From assembly GCA_046861655.1 (NCBI GenBank), contig JBHIAI010000002.1:41873-105872 (forward strand): a stretch of 64,000 nt of DNA. The letters are read 5' to 3'. The notes under the pieces were generated by a model. That model saw only the letters and a program-made list of their open reading frames with translations, ran no database searches and was not told where the DNA came from. Position numbers and translations under genes: made by a program. Shown one piece after another: positions 18,061 to 27,603 of this stretch (position 1 is its first letter; every line of letters starts with the position of its first letter). The stretch comes from Fidelibacterota bacterium. GTDB taxonomy: Bacteria > Fidelibacterota > Marinisomatia > Marinisomatales > S15-B10.

Positions 18061-20781
18061 TCAAGTTTCCCTGATGGCGGCCTGGGCGGCGGCCAGCCGG
18101 GCAATGGGGATCCGAAAGGGAGAACAACTCACGTAGTCCAGTCCCACCCGGTGACAGAATTCGATGGAGTCGGGATCTCCCCCATGCTCACCGCAGATAC
18201 CCACTTTTAGGTCGTTTCGAGCGGACCGACCCTTCTTTACCCCGATCTCAACCAGCTGTCCCACACCGGTCTGGTCCAGGGACTGGAAGGGATCATCCGG
18301 CAAGATCTTGTGGGAGAGGTAATCAGGCAGGAAACCGCCGATATCATCCCGGGAAAAGCCGAATGTGGTCTGGGTGAGATCGTTGGTACCGAATGAGAAG
18401 AACTCGGCATCCCTGGCAATTTCATCGGCGGTGAGGGCGGCCCGGGGGACTTCAATCATGGTGCCCACCTGATAATCAAGAGTCACTCCTGTCTCATCCA
18501 TGACGCTTTGAGCCACCTTTCGGATAATGGATTCCTGGTTCTTAAACTCCTGGGCAGTACCCACCAGAGGGACCATGACTTCAGGGACCGCCTTCAGGTT
18601 ATCCCTGGAGAGCTCCACCGCTGCTTCGAAGATGGCCCTGGCCTGCATTTCGGTGATCTCAGGATAGGTGATCCCCAACCGGCAGCCGCGGTGCCCCAGC
18701 ATGGGATTGACTTCATGGAGAGACTCAATCCGGGCTCGCAGTTTATCTGTGTCGACCTTCAAATCCCGGGCCAGTTCGGAGATTTGCTCATCGGCGAGAC
18801 TGACGAATTCGTGCAGGGGAGGATCCAAGAGGCGGATGGTTACCGGAAATCCATCCATGGCCCTGAATAGGTCGACAAAATCCTGGCGTTGGTAGGGCAG
18901 TAATTTCATAACTGCCTTCCGGCGGTCTTCCTCTGTCTGGGCGATAATCATCTCTCTCATGGTTCTGATTCGCTCAGGGTCAAAGAACATATGCTCCGTG
19001 CGACAGAGGCCGATGCCCCCCGCTCCAAACATCCGGGCCTGTTCGGCATCTCGTATCGTGTCGGCATTCGCCCGGATGCCCAGGGTTCGGACCTCGTCCG
19101 CCAGGTCCATGAGTCTGGTAAAGTACTCGTTATTCAGGGGATCAGCGGGGATGAGCGGCAGTTGACCCTGGTAGACGTTGCCTTTCGTGCCGTTCAGGGT
19201 GATCCAGTCACCCTCGCGGAGGGTCTGTCCATTCACCCAGGCCGTCTTATTTTTCCGGTCAATACGGAGGGCTGAGCATCCCACGATGCAGCATTTTCCC
19301 CACCCTCTGGCCACCAGGGCGGCGTGACTTGTCATGCCCCCTCTTGCAGTGAGAATAGCCTGGGAAGCATGCATGCCGTGAACATCTTCAGGGGAGGTTT
19401 CATTCCGGACCAGGACCACCTTTTTCCCCTCTTGGGACCAGGCTTCGGCATCGTCGGCGGTGAAAACAATCTGTCCCACCGCACCCCCGGGTCCAGCCGG
19501 AAGGCCATGGGCCAGGGGTCCGGCGGTTTGTTCCTCCTTTGGATCAACCATGGGATGGAGGAGTTCATCCAGCTGGGTGGGTCTGACACGCATAAGGGCT
19601 TCCTCTTTGGTAATCAACCCCTCCTCCAACATCTCCACAGCCATACGGATGGCGGCCGCGCCGTTGCGCTTCCCCACCCGGGTCTGAAGCATCCACAATC
19701 TGCCGTCTTCTATGGTGAATTCAATGTCCTGCATGTCCCGGTAATGGGTGTCCAGCTTCTCCTGGATGGCATTGAGCTGGTCGTAAACCTCAGGCATGGC
19801 CTCCTCAAGGGAAGGGAGATCGTCGTTTTCTCCTGTTTTGCCCTGAATGTTTATGGGATTGGGAGTCCGGATACCGGCCACCACATCCTCTCCCTGCGCA
19901 TTGGGAAGCCATTCTCCATAGAACACCTTCTCCCCCGTTGCCGGATTCCGGGTAAAGGCCACTCCTGTGGCACTGGTGTCCCCGGTGTTTCCGAACACCA
20001 TGGCTTGAACATTCACGGCCGTCCCCATTTTGTCCGGAAGCCTTTCAATGCGCCTGTAGGCCACGGCCCGTTTTCCGTTCCAGGAGTGAAACACGGCACC
20101 GATGGCTCCCCATAACTGTTCGTGAGGATCGTCAGGGAACGGCTTCCCCAGGGTTTGTCTTATGGTTTCTTTGAAGGCTTCGGACAGTATCTTCCAGTCA
20201 TCGGCGTCCAATTCCGTGTCTAAACTGATCCCTTTTTCGTTTTTTCGTTCATCAATGAGGTCCTCGAGTCTCTCCCGGATCCCAACCTCGTTTGGTGATG
20301 CCTTTCCCCGTGGTGGTCCCTGCAACCCTCCCTTTTCCATCACCACATCAGAATACATCATGATCAGGCGCCGGTAGGCATCGTAGGCAAACCTGGGATT
20401 CCCGGTTCTCTCGATCAGCGCGGAAAGGGTTGTGGCCGTAAGTCCCACGTTCAGGACGGTTTCCATCATCCCTGGCATGGAGACGGCCGCCCCTGACCGT
20501 ACCGAGACCAGAAGGGGATTCTTAGGGTCCCCAAACTGTTGCCCCATGATGGTTTCCACCTTGAGAAGGTTTGCTTTCACCTCTAGACTAAGTTCGTCCG
20601 GATAGTGCCTCTCGTGTTCATAAAAGTAGGTACACACCTCGGTAGTGATGGTAAAACCGGGGGGAACCGGGATTCCCAGATTGGTCATTTCGGCGATGTT
20701 GGCACCCTTTCCGCCAAGGAGATCCCTCATCTCAGCACTGCCGTCAGCCTTTCCGTCACCAAAAAAGAAAACGTGTTTCAT
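18061..20781 (-). CDS. ppdK: Pyruvate, phosphate dikinase
   Basis: LGGKGANIAEM, VSVRSGA, NAQGEDVVAGIRTP, GGMTSHAA, GLCRTEHMF, FGTNDLTQ, GICGEHGGDP. Confidence 0.97.
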   Translation of the reverse strand: MKHVFFFGDGKADGSAEMRDLLGGKGANIAEMTNLGIPVPPGFTITTEVCTYFYEHERHYPDELSLEVKANLLKVETIMGQQFGDPKNPLLVSVRSGAAVSMPGMMETVLNVGLTATTLSALIERTGNPRFAYDAYRRLIMMYSDVVMEKGGLQGPPRGKASPNEVGIRERLEDLIDERKNEKGISLDTELDADDWKILSEAFKETIRQTLGKPFPDDPHEQLWGAIGAVFHSWNGKRAVAYRRIERLPDKMGTAVNVQAMVFGNTGDTSATGVAFTRNPATGEKVFYGEWLPNAQGEDVVAGIRTPNPINIQGKTGENDDLPSLEEAMPEVYDQLNAIQEKLDTHYRDMQDIEFTIEDGRLWMLQTRVGKRNGAAAIRMAVEMLEEGLITKEEALMRVRPTQLDELLHPMVDPKEEQTAGPLAHGLPAGPGGAVGQIVFTADDAEAWSQEGKKVVLVRNETSPEDVHGMHASQAILTARGGMTSHAALVARGWGKCCIVGCSALRIDRKNKTAWVNGQTLREGDWITLNGTKGNVYQGQLPLIPADPLNNEYFTRLMDLADEVRTLGIRANADTIRDAEQARMFGAGGIGLCRTEHMFFDPERIRTMREMIIAQTEEDRRKAVMKLLPYQRQDFVDLFRAMDGFPVTIRLLDPPLHEFVSLADEQISELARDLKVDTDKLRARIESLHEVNPMLGHRGCRLGITYPEITEMQARAIFEAAVELSRDNLKAVPEVMVPLVGTAQEFKNQESIIRKVAQSVMDETGVTLDYQVGTMIEVPRAALTADEIARDAEFFSFGTNDLTQTTFGFSRDDIGGFLPDYLSHKILPDDPFQSLDQTGVGQLVEIGVKKGRSARNDLKVGICGEHGGDPDSIEFCHRVGLDYVSCSPFRIPIARLAAAQAAIRET

Positions 20782-20887
20782 AGTGTCAGTCTCCTCAAAA
20801 CAGACCTCAATTTAGAGACGTCTACCAGCACATTCAAACCGTATTTGGGTTGATTTTATGACGGGGGCAGGGTACCATTGAAAAGTC

Positions 20888-20912
20888 TAGGAGTGCAGGC
20901 CCTGCACTCCTA
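20888..20912. repeat. Perfect 12-bp-arm inverted repeat in the divergent ppdK/acetoacetate-CoA ligase intergenic region
   Basis: TAGGAGTGCAGG-C-CCTGCACTCCTA. Confidence 0.7.
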
Positions 20913-20927
20913 AGCCGGGAGAAAGCC

Positions 20928-22880
20928 ATGTCAGAAATCTTGTGGACACCGTCACGGGAACAGGTGGTCCGTACCCAGATGGACGCGTTCCGTCGTTTTG
21001 TCAACAAGACGTACGACCGTGACTTGAAAGACTATTTTGATCTGTATGAGTGGTCGGTATCGGAAATCCCGGATTTCTGGGCCGCGGTGTGGGAATTCAT
21101 GGACATCATTCATTCCAGGTCCTACCGCCAGGTGGTGGATGATCCCTCCAGGATGCCCGGTGCCCGGTGGTTTTCCGGTTCCCGGCTGAACTTTGCCGAA
21201 AACCTGCTTCGTTACCGCGACGACAGACCCGCACTGGTGTTTCAGGGTGAAGGGCAACCCGTACGGACCCTCACGTACGCAGACCTCTACCGGGAGGTGG
21301 CCAGACTGGCCCGGGCCCTCCGGGAAGAAGGGATATCCGAGGGGGACCGGGTGGCCGGTTTCATGCCTAATATGCCAGAAACGGTTGTGGGACTCTTGGC
21401 CACAGCCTCATTGGGCGCTGTTTGGAGTTCATCCTCCCCCGATTTTGGGATCCAGGGCGTTCTAGACCGGTTCATGCAGATTGAACCCAGGGTCCTCCTT
21501 TCGGCAAATGGGTACTTTTACAACGGGAAGGTCTTCGATTCCCTTTCGAAACTTGAAGGCATCCTCCATGAACTTTCCAGTGTTCAGAAGGTGATTGTGG
21601 TACCCTATACCGAGCCTGAGCCCGACATTTCCGGAATTTCCAGGTCTATCATGTACGAAGAGTTTGTGGGATCGGCGGATTCCCCCGATCTCGTGTTTGA
21701 GCAGCTTCGGTTTGATCATCCCCTGACCATCATGTATTCCTCCGGAACGACGGGTCTGCCCAAGTCCATGGTTCACGGTGCCGGCGGTACACTCCTTCAA
21801 CATCTCAAGGAGCTGAGATTGCACACGGATCTGACTCGTGAAGATACCATCTTTTACTTCACCACATGCGGATGGATGATGTGGAACTGGCTCATCAGTT
21901 CGCTGGCCGTGGGCGCTACCATTGTCCTGTATGATGGATCGCCCTTTTACCCGGACCCGGGTGCCCTATGGCGTATGGCCCAGGATCTGAGAATCACGGT
22001 TTTTGGTACCAGCGCCAAGTTCATCGGCGCCTCCCGCGCTGCCGGGTCAAAACCGAAAAAGGAGTTTAACCTGAACCGGTTGAGAGCCATCCTGTCTACA
22101 GGGTCCCCCCTGGTCGAAGAAGGTTTTGACTATGTCTACAGGGATATCAAAGAGGACGTTCTTCTGGCCTCCATTTCTGGCGGGACCGATATCGTTTCCT
22201 GCTTTGCCCTGGGCAATCCCACCCTACCGGTCTACAGGGGAGAGTTGCAGTGCCGGGGCCTGGGCATGAAGGTGGCTTCTTTTGATGACAAAGGCAGGTC
22301 CCACGTTAGCAGAAAAGGGGAGCTGGTCTGCGAGGCCCCTTTTCCCTCCATGCCCGTATATTTCTGGAACGATCCGGACGGGTCGAAATACCAGCATGCG
22401 TACTTCGATGTCTATCCCGGGGTATGGAGTCATGGGGACTACATCACCATCAACGATCACGGCGGTGTCAGGATTCTTGGCCGAAGCGACGCCACCCTGA
22501 ATCCGGGAGGGGTTCGCATAGGAACGGCTGAGATCTACCGGGTTGTTGAGATGCTGCCGGAGGTGGAAGACAGCCTGGTGGTGGGCCAGGAATGGGACGG
22601 AGATGAGCGGGTTATTCTATTCCTCAGACTGTCCGGTGGGCATCAACTGACCGACGATTTGATCCACAAGGTCAGGTCGAACATCCGTGAACAGTGTTCC
22701 CCCAGGCATGTGCCGGCCAAGGTACTGTCCATAGAAGATATTCCCTACACCATAAATGGAAAGAAAGTCGAGATCGCGGTGAAAAAGATCATCGATGGGG
22801 ACGAGGCCCTGAACCGGGATGCCCTGGCCAACCCGGACTCCCTGGATCTGTATAAGGATATCCCCGAGCTAAACAGTTAG
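20928..22880 (+). CDS. Acetoacetate--CoA ligase
   Basis: LNFAENLL, WSSSSPDFG, MYSSGTTGLPK, YFTTCGWMMWNW, SISGGTD, GRSDATLNPGGVRIGT, SPRHVP, GKKVE. Confidence 0.93.
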   Translation: MSEILWTPSREQVVRTQMDAFRRFVNKTYDRDLKDYFDLYEWSVSEIPDFWAAVWEFMDIIHSRSYRQVVDDPSRMPGARWFSGSRLNFAENLLRYRDDRPALVFQGEGQPVRTLTYADLYREVARLARALREEGISEGDRVAGFMPNMPETVVGLLATASLGAVWSSSSPDFGIQGVLDRFMQIEPRVLLSANGYFYNGKVFDSLSKLEGILHELSSVQKVIVVPYTEPEPDISGISRSIMYEEFVGSADSPDLVFEQLRFDHPLTIMYSSGTTGLPKSMVHGAGGTLLQHLKELRLHTDLTREDTIFYFTTCGWMMWNWLISSLAVGATIVLYDGSPFYPDPGALWRMAQDLRITVFGTSAKFIGASRAAGSKPKKEFNLNRLRAILSTGSPLVEEGFDYVYRDIKEDVLLASISGGTDIVSCFALGNPTLPVYRGELQCRGLGMKVASFDDKGRSHVSRKGELVCEAPFPSMPVYFWNDPDGSKYQHAYFDVYPGVWSHGDYITINDHGGVRILGRSDATLNPGGVRIGTAEIYRVVEMLPEVEDSLVVGQEWDGDERVILFLRLSGGHQLTDDLIHKVRSNIREQCSPRHVPAKVLSIEDIPYTINGKKVEIAVKKIIDGDEALNRDALANPDSLDLYKDIPELNS

Positions 22881-23446
22881 TCGCGATCCAACCACTTCCA
22901 GCCATAGGGGAGCAGAACGGACGCCAGGCCGATCTTGACGATATCGCCCGGGATAAAGGGAAGGAGTCCCACGGCAAAGACGTCCAGGGAGCGGGTGTAC
23001 AGACCCAACCAGGCCAGCCCCGCGGCGAAGATGGTCAGATTCCCCAGGACCATGGCCAGGACTGTGGTTCCCGGTTTTCTATCCCAGCCACGTTCAGCCA
23101 GAAATCCCGTGAGGTAAGCACCTCCGACAAAACCGACCAGGTATCCCCCCGTAGGTCCCAAAAGATGGGCCAGTCCGGATGCTCCGCCAGCGAAAAAAGG
23201 AAGTCCCACAGCTCCCTGCCCCAGGTAGGCCAAAACGCTGAACGTCCCCCGTACGCGGCCCAGCATGGCTCCGGCAAGAAGAACCCCAAAAGTTTGACCC
23301 GTGATGGGAACGGGGGTGTAGGGGAGGGGAATCCGGATCTGTGACAGAAGGGCGATGAACAGGGATCCCCCTGCCACAAGAGTGACATCATAGATCCGTG
23401 CCTGACTCCTCAAGGAAGGTCGAAGAACGTCAGCGTACGTCATCAC
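22877..23446 (-). CDS. bioY: Biotin transporter BioY
   Basis: PVPITGQTFGVLLAG, GLPFFAG, GPTGGYLVGF, PFIPGDIVK. Confidence 0.92.
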   Translation of the reverse strand: MMTYADVLRPSLRSQARIYDVTLVAGGSLFIALLSQIRIPLPYTPVPITGQTFGVLLAGAMLGRVRGTFSVLAYLGQGAVGLPFFAGGASGLAHLLGPTGGYLVGFVGGAYLTGFLAERGWDRKPGTTVLAMVLGNLTIFAAGLAWLGLYTRSLDVFAVGLLPFIPGDIVKIGLASVLLPYGWKWLDRD

Positions 23447-23461
23447 GAATGTTATCCTCTC

Positions 23462-25000
23462 CTAATGTCTGAAACAGCGTGTGCTGGTGAAAACCATGGC
23501 GATTCCATGTTCATTGCAGGCCTGGATCACCTCCTGGTCCCGGACGGATCCACCCGGCTGGATGACGGCCCGAATGCCGGTGGTGGCTATGCGGTCGATG
23601 CTGTCGCGGAAAGGGAAAAATGCGTCGGAGGCCAGAACCGTGTCCCCGATCCGGTTCCCCGATTTCCTCACAGCGATGTCCACGGCGTCAATGCGGGATA
23701 CCTGGCCCGAGCCGATCCCAACGGTGGTATGATTTTTCGCCGTCAAGATGGCGTTTGATTTCACGTATGTAAGGACTTTCCAGGCAAACAGCATGTCGTC
23801 GATCTGTTCGTCCCCCGGCTTCGCCTCGGTTACTGAATTCAAGTGTTCACGTGTCACGGTGTTCACGTTTTTTTCCTGCAGCAAGAGGCCTCCGGCCACC
23901 TGTCTGAATTCCAGTCCTGCTCGTGAACCTGTGATCTCACCTACTTCCAGAACCCTCAGATTCTTTTTCTTGCCAAAGATTTCCCGTGCTTCCGGTTCAT
24001 AGCCGGGGGCGAGGACAATCTCGATGAAGATTTTCCTGAGGTACTCAGCGATCTCCCGGGTGCATAGGCGGTTCAGCGCCACGATGCCTCCAAAGGCAGA
24101 CAGGGAATCGGCCTCGAAGGCCCGTATGAAACAGTCGGTAATATCGCGACCAGAGGCGGCACCGCAGGGATTGGCATGCTTTACCACCACACAGGCAGGC
24201 TCTGAGAACTCCTGGACGCAGGCCAGGGCACCATCGGCATCCATAATGTTGTTATAGGACAGCTTTTTCCCCTGATGGATTCTTGCCTTCAGAATGGAGG
24301 GATCCTTGAACTGAGGATCCGCGTAGGCGGATGCCTGCTGGTGCGGGTTCTCCCCGTACCGTAGGTGGGAATGTCTGTCGAAGGTGAGCGTCAGGGAGTC
24401 CCCCATAGGGGTGTCATGGAGATAGTTGTGGATGAGAGTATCGTAGCGGGCCGTATGACCGAAGGCCTTAGCCGACAGCCGCTTCCGGGTCGAATAGGTG
24501 AGGCCCCCCTCTTTATTCAATTCCTCAACCAGGAGGGGATAGTCCGCGGGATCCACTACCACACCAACCCATCCCACGTTCTTGGCGGCGCTCCGGATCA
24601 TGGCCGGTCCACCGATATCGATGTCTTCGAGGACCTCGTCCAGGGGAATGTCGTCTCTTAGTATGGTCCTGTCAAAGGGGTAGAGGTTACATACCACGAG
24701 GTCGATCCAGGGTATGCCCTGTTCTTGGGCAGAAGATTCGTGGCTATCCCGGAGTCCGAGGATGCCTCCGTGGATATTGGGGTGGAGGGTCTTTACCCGG
24801 CCGTCCATGATTTCCGGTGAGCCGGTGACCTCCGACACTCCGGTAGTGGGGATTCCGGCTTCTGTTAGTACTTTGGCCGTTCCCCCGGTTGAGATGATAC
24901 GGACGCCCAAGCGGGTCAGCTCTTCTGCGAGTCCGACAATCCCCGACTTGTTGAAAACGGAGATTAAGGCACGTCGGATGGGAATAATCTCTTCGTTCAT
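23462..25000 (-). CDS. purH: Bifunctional AICAR transformylase/IMP cyclohydrolase
   Basis: RALISV, STGGT, GRVKTLHP, IDIGGP, LRYGENPHQ, KHANPCG, ASDAFFPF. Start set at MNEE (25000) because the ORF extension reads through a repeat. Confidence 0.95.
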   Translation of the reverse strand: MNEEIIPIRRALISVFNKSGIVGLAEELTRLGVRIISTGGTAKVLTEAGIPTTGVSEVTGSPEIMDGRVKTLHPNIHGGILGLRDSHESSAQEQGIPWIDLVVCNLYPFDRTILRDDIPLDEVLEDIDIGGPAMIRSAAKNVGWVGVVVDPADYPLLVEELNKEGGLTYSTRKRLSAKAFGHTARYDTLIHNYLHDTPMGDSLTLTFDRHSHLRYGENPHQQASAYADPQFKDPSILKARIHQGKKLSYNNIMDADGALACVQEFSEPACVVVKHANPCGAASGRDITDCFIRAFEADSLSAFGGIVALNRLCTREIAEYLRKIFIEIVLAPGYEPEAREIFGKKKNLRVLEVGEITGSRAGLEFRQVAGGLLLQEKNVNTVTREHLNSVTEAKPGDEQIDDMLFAWKVLTYVKSNAILTAKNHTTVGIGSGQVSRIDAVDIAVRKSGNRIGDTVLASDAFFPFRDSIDRIATTGIRAVIQPGGSVRDQEVIQACNEHGIAMVFTSTRCFRH

Positions 25001-25022
25001 AACGGTGCTATGATCCTCACTC

Positions 25023-25103
25023 CTGTCCCCCTGAGCTTGACGAAGGGTGACCACGCCAAAACCCACCTTTCCTGTCATGCTTCGTCAAGCTCAGCATGAC
25101 AGG
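25023..25103. repeat. Pair of inverted REP-like palindromic elements between purN and purH
   Basis: CTGAGCTTGACGAAG (25031-25045) is inverted as CTTCGTCAAGCTCAG (25080-25094). The second copy lies in the hairpin CCTGTCATGC...GCATGACAGG. Confidence 0.75.
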
Positions 25104-25130
25104 GGGTTCACCGGAGTTCACTGTTTGTGG

Positions 25131-25730
25131 TTATGCATGAATCTGGGGGAGCTTTCCTTTCTGAATGAGTTCGATGGCCTCGATGAAGGCCTTTCCCTCC
25201 AGAGCCTGGACCTTCTGTTTAAGCGATTCCGGAGTATCGTCTTTTTCCACCCGACACTGTTTTTGTACAACGATGGGTCCGGCGTCAACGTCTTCAGTCA
25301 CGAAATGAATGGTGCATCCCGTTTCTTTCACACCTGCTTTCAGCACTTCCTCGTGAACGTTCATGTCCATACCGCCCGCGAAGGCCGGCAACAGCGAAGG
25401 GTGGACGTTCATGACCCGGTTGCGCCACTGAAGACAAAACCAGGCCGAAAGGATACGCATGAATCCGATGAGGAGTACGAGCTGTACACCCCGTTCTTTG
25501 AATTCCCGGGAAACTTCGGAATCGAATTCTTCCCTCGATTTGTTTTTGTGGCTGATAAAAAGAGCATCGATGCCATGATCGCGGGCCCGTTGAAGGATGA
25601 AAGCTTTCTTCCGGTTACTGATGACCACTTCCACGGAGGCGTTAAGCTGTCCATGGTTGATGGCATCGAGAATAGCCTGTAGGTCTGTCCCTTTGGTTGA
25701 GCCAAGGATTCCGAGTTTGATCGTTTTCAT
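25131..25730 (-). CDS. purN: Phosphoribosylglycinamide formyltransferase
   Basis: GSTKGTDLQAI, GFMRIL, NVHPSLLP, GCTIHFV, DAGPI. Confidence 0.95.
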   Translation of the reverse strand: MKTIKLGILGSTKGTDLQAILDAINHGQLNASVEVVISNRKKAFILQRARDHGIDALFISHKNKSREEFDSEVSREFKERGVQLVLLIGFMRILSAWFCLQWRNRVMNVHPSLLPAFAGGMDMNVHEEVLKAGVKETGCTIHFVTEDVDAGPIVVQKQCRVEKDDTPESLKQKVQALEGKAFIEAIELIQKGKLPQIHA

Positions 25731-25792
25731 GCCTGCCGACCCCCGGTTTTTCTGTATTGGCTGTCGTTATGAATATTCAAATCCTCCGGAGT

Positions 25793-27154
25793 TCATAACA
25801 ACCCAATCGTCTTCCGGTAGCACATGCAATTGGCGTTGTCGTTCTTGTGGTCGATGAAGGAAATCTTCTCTATGTTACGATACGCTTTTTCCCGGGCCTC
25901 TTCCAGGGAACGATCTCCCGCCACCACATGCAATACCCTGCCACCGTAGGTGACCAGACCCTTTCCCGGATTCTCATCCACCCCTGCGTAGTAGATGGCC
26001 ATGCCCCGCTCGATCCTGTCCAGTCCCTCAATCCTGTGTCCCCTGCCGTACCGTCCGGGATAGCCCTTGTTCCAACCTCTGGAGGCCCGGGAACGACCCT
26101 CCATGGCGATGACATCCACGTAGTACTGATCGTTCCAGACCTGTTTTATGGTGTCCAGCAACCCATCGCAGACAGCCATGCTGATTTCAAACAGATCGGT
26201 ACTCAGTTTCCGGGCGAGAACCTCCCATTCGGGATCACCGTGCCTGACGTTGATTTCAAACACCTCCAGATTGTCATAAGGATCCAGATTCAATCCCCAG
26301 TACAGAACCCCTTTGTACTTCCATCCCAGCTCATTGTACACCGCGTTCACCGTGGGATTGACGATTTCCTTGATGATTCTGTTCACCAGCCAGGGACTGA
26401 CCAATCTGTGGGGGCAGTAGCATCCCGTTCCCCCAGTGTTCAAGTTGCCGCCGAACCGCTCGATGGTTTCTTTGTCATCGGGATCGAAAGCCGCCTTATA
26501 ATCCTGGGCGAACATTCTAAGAGGCATGACACGCTCTCCGTCCAGGTAGGCGAAGAAGGAGATTTCCGTGCCGTACTTCCTTTCTTCAACAACAACCCGA
26601 TTTCCTGAATCCCCAAAGGCTCTTTCCACCATGATCCTGGTTATGGCAGCTTCCGCATCGGATACGTCATCGCACACGATGGCCCCCTTTCCCGCTGCCA
26701 GGCCGTTAGCTTTGACCACAACCTGATAGCCGATATTGCGGACGTACTCGGTTGCTTTTTGTGGATCGTCAAACACGGCATACTCGGGTTTGGGAACACC
26801 GATTTTCACCAGGAGATCATCGGTAAAGGCCCGGTCGCTCTCCAGCCTGACGTATTCCTTTTTAGGGCCTACGGTCTTTATTCCCCTTTCGGCCAGGATA
26901 TCGATGAGCCCCTGTTCCAGGGGAGTCTCAGAGCCCACGTCCACCAGGTCCACCTTGTTCTTGAGACAAAAGTCTGTGATTTCGCCAAAATCTGTGACGG
27001 GGACCAGCTCAATGAGTCCCCGTTTGCCTTTGGGGGTGTAAAGGACGCCCGGGTTCCCCGGCGCGAAGTACACTTTGTCTACGTGTTGACTTTCCCCGTA
27101 GGTGTCACACAGACAGTGGTCCCTGCCGCCGGAGCCGTAAACCAGCACCTTCAT
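25793..27154 (-). CDS. purD: Phosphoribosylamine--glycine ligase (divergent)
   Basis: KVLVYGSGGRDH, APGNPG, KANGLAAGKG, QDYK, NTGGTG, EINVRHGDPE, GYPG, TYGGRVL. Confidence 0.92.
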   Translation of the reverse strand: MKVLVYGSGGRDHCLCDTYGESQHVDKVYFAPGNPGVLYTPKGKRGLIELVPVTDFGEITDFCLKNKVDLVDVGSETPLEQGLIDILAERGIKTVGPKKEYVRLESDRAFTDDLLVKIGVPKPEYAVFDDPQKATEYVRNIGYQVVVKANGLAAGKGAIVCDDVSDAEAAITRIMVERAFGDSGNRVVVEERKYGTEISFFAYLDGERVMPLRMFAQDYKAAFDPDDKETIERFGGNLNTGGTGCYCPHRLVSPWLVNRIIKEIVNPTVNAVYNELGWKYKGVLYWGLNLDPYDNLEVFEINVRHGDPEWEVLARKLSTDLFEISMAVCDGLLDTIKQVWNDQYYVDVIAMEGRSRASRGWNKGYPGRYGRGHRIEGLDRIERGMAIYYAGVDENPGKGLVTYGGRVLHVVAGDRSLEEAREKAYRNIEKISFIDHKNDNANCMCYRKTIGLL

Positions 27155-27197
27155 TTTTTCACCACCGGGACACGGAGACACTGATCATGACTTATAG

Positions 27198-27575
27198 TCA
27201 TAACACCCTTCTGACAATACCGTCCTTCAGCGCCGGCTCATGGAAGTTAAGCAAAAGTCCAACTCGTATTTGTTTTAGCTTCATATAGGTCAATAGCTGG
27301 GCCTCGTGAACAGGCAAGACTGTTTGCACGGCTTTCAATTCAACAATTACTTTATCTTCAACGATCACGTCAATTCTATAGCCTATATCCAATGCGATGT
27401 TCTTGTATTTCACTGGGAGAATTATCTGTCGTGCGAATCTTAGTCTCCTTAGATCGAGTTCGTGACAAAAGCACTCCTCATATGCAGATTCCAGTAATCC
27501 CGGTCCCTGCGCCCTATGAACTTCGATTGCGGCGGAGATTATCTGCTCTGTTAGTTCTTCTTCAATGAGTCTCAC
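27198..27575 (-). CDS. GxxExxY protein (PD-(D/E)xK-like)
   Basis: GPGLLESAYEEC, RIDVIVEDKVIVELKAV, HEAQLLTY.K, GLLLNF; visibly more AT-rich than its neighbours. Confidence 0.9.
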   Translation of the reverse strand: MRLIEEELTEQIISAAIEVHRAQGPGLLESAYEECFCHELDLRRLRFARQIILPVKYKNIALDIGYRIDVIVEDKVIVELKAVQTVLPVHEAQLLTYMKLKQIRVGLLLNFHEPALKDGIVRRVL

Positions 27576-27603
27576 TTTCTCCGTGTCTCAGTGTCTTTGT
27601 GGT

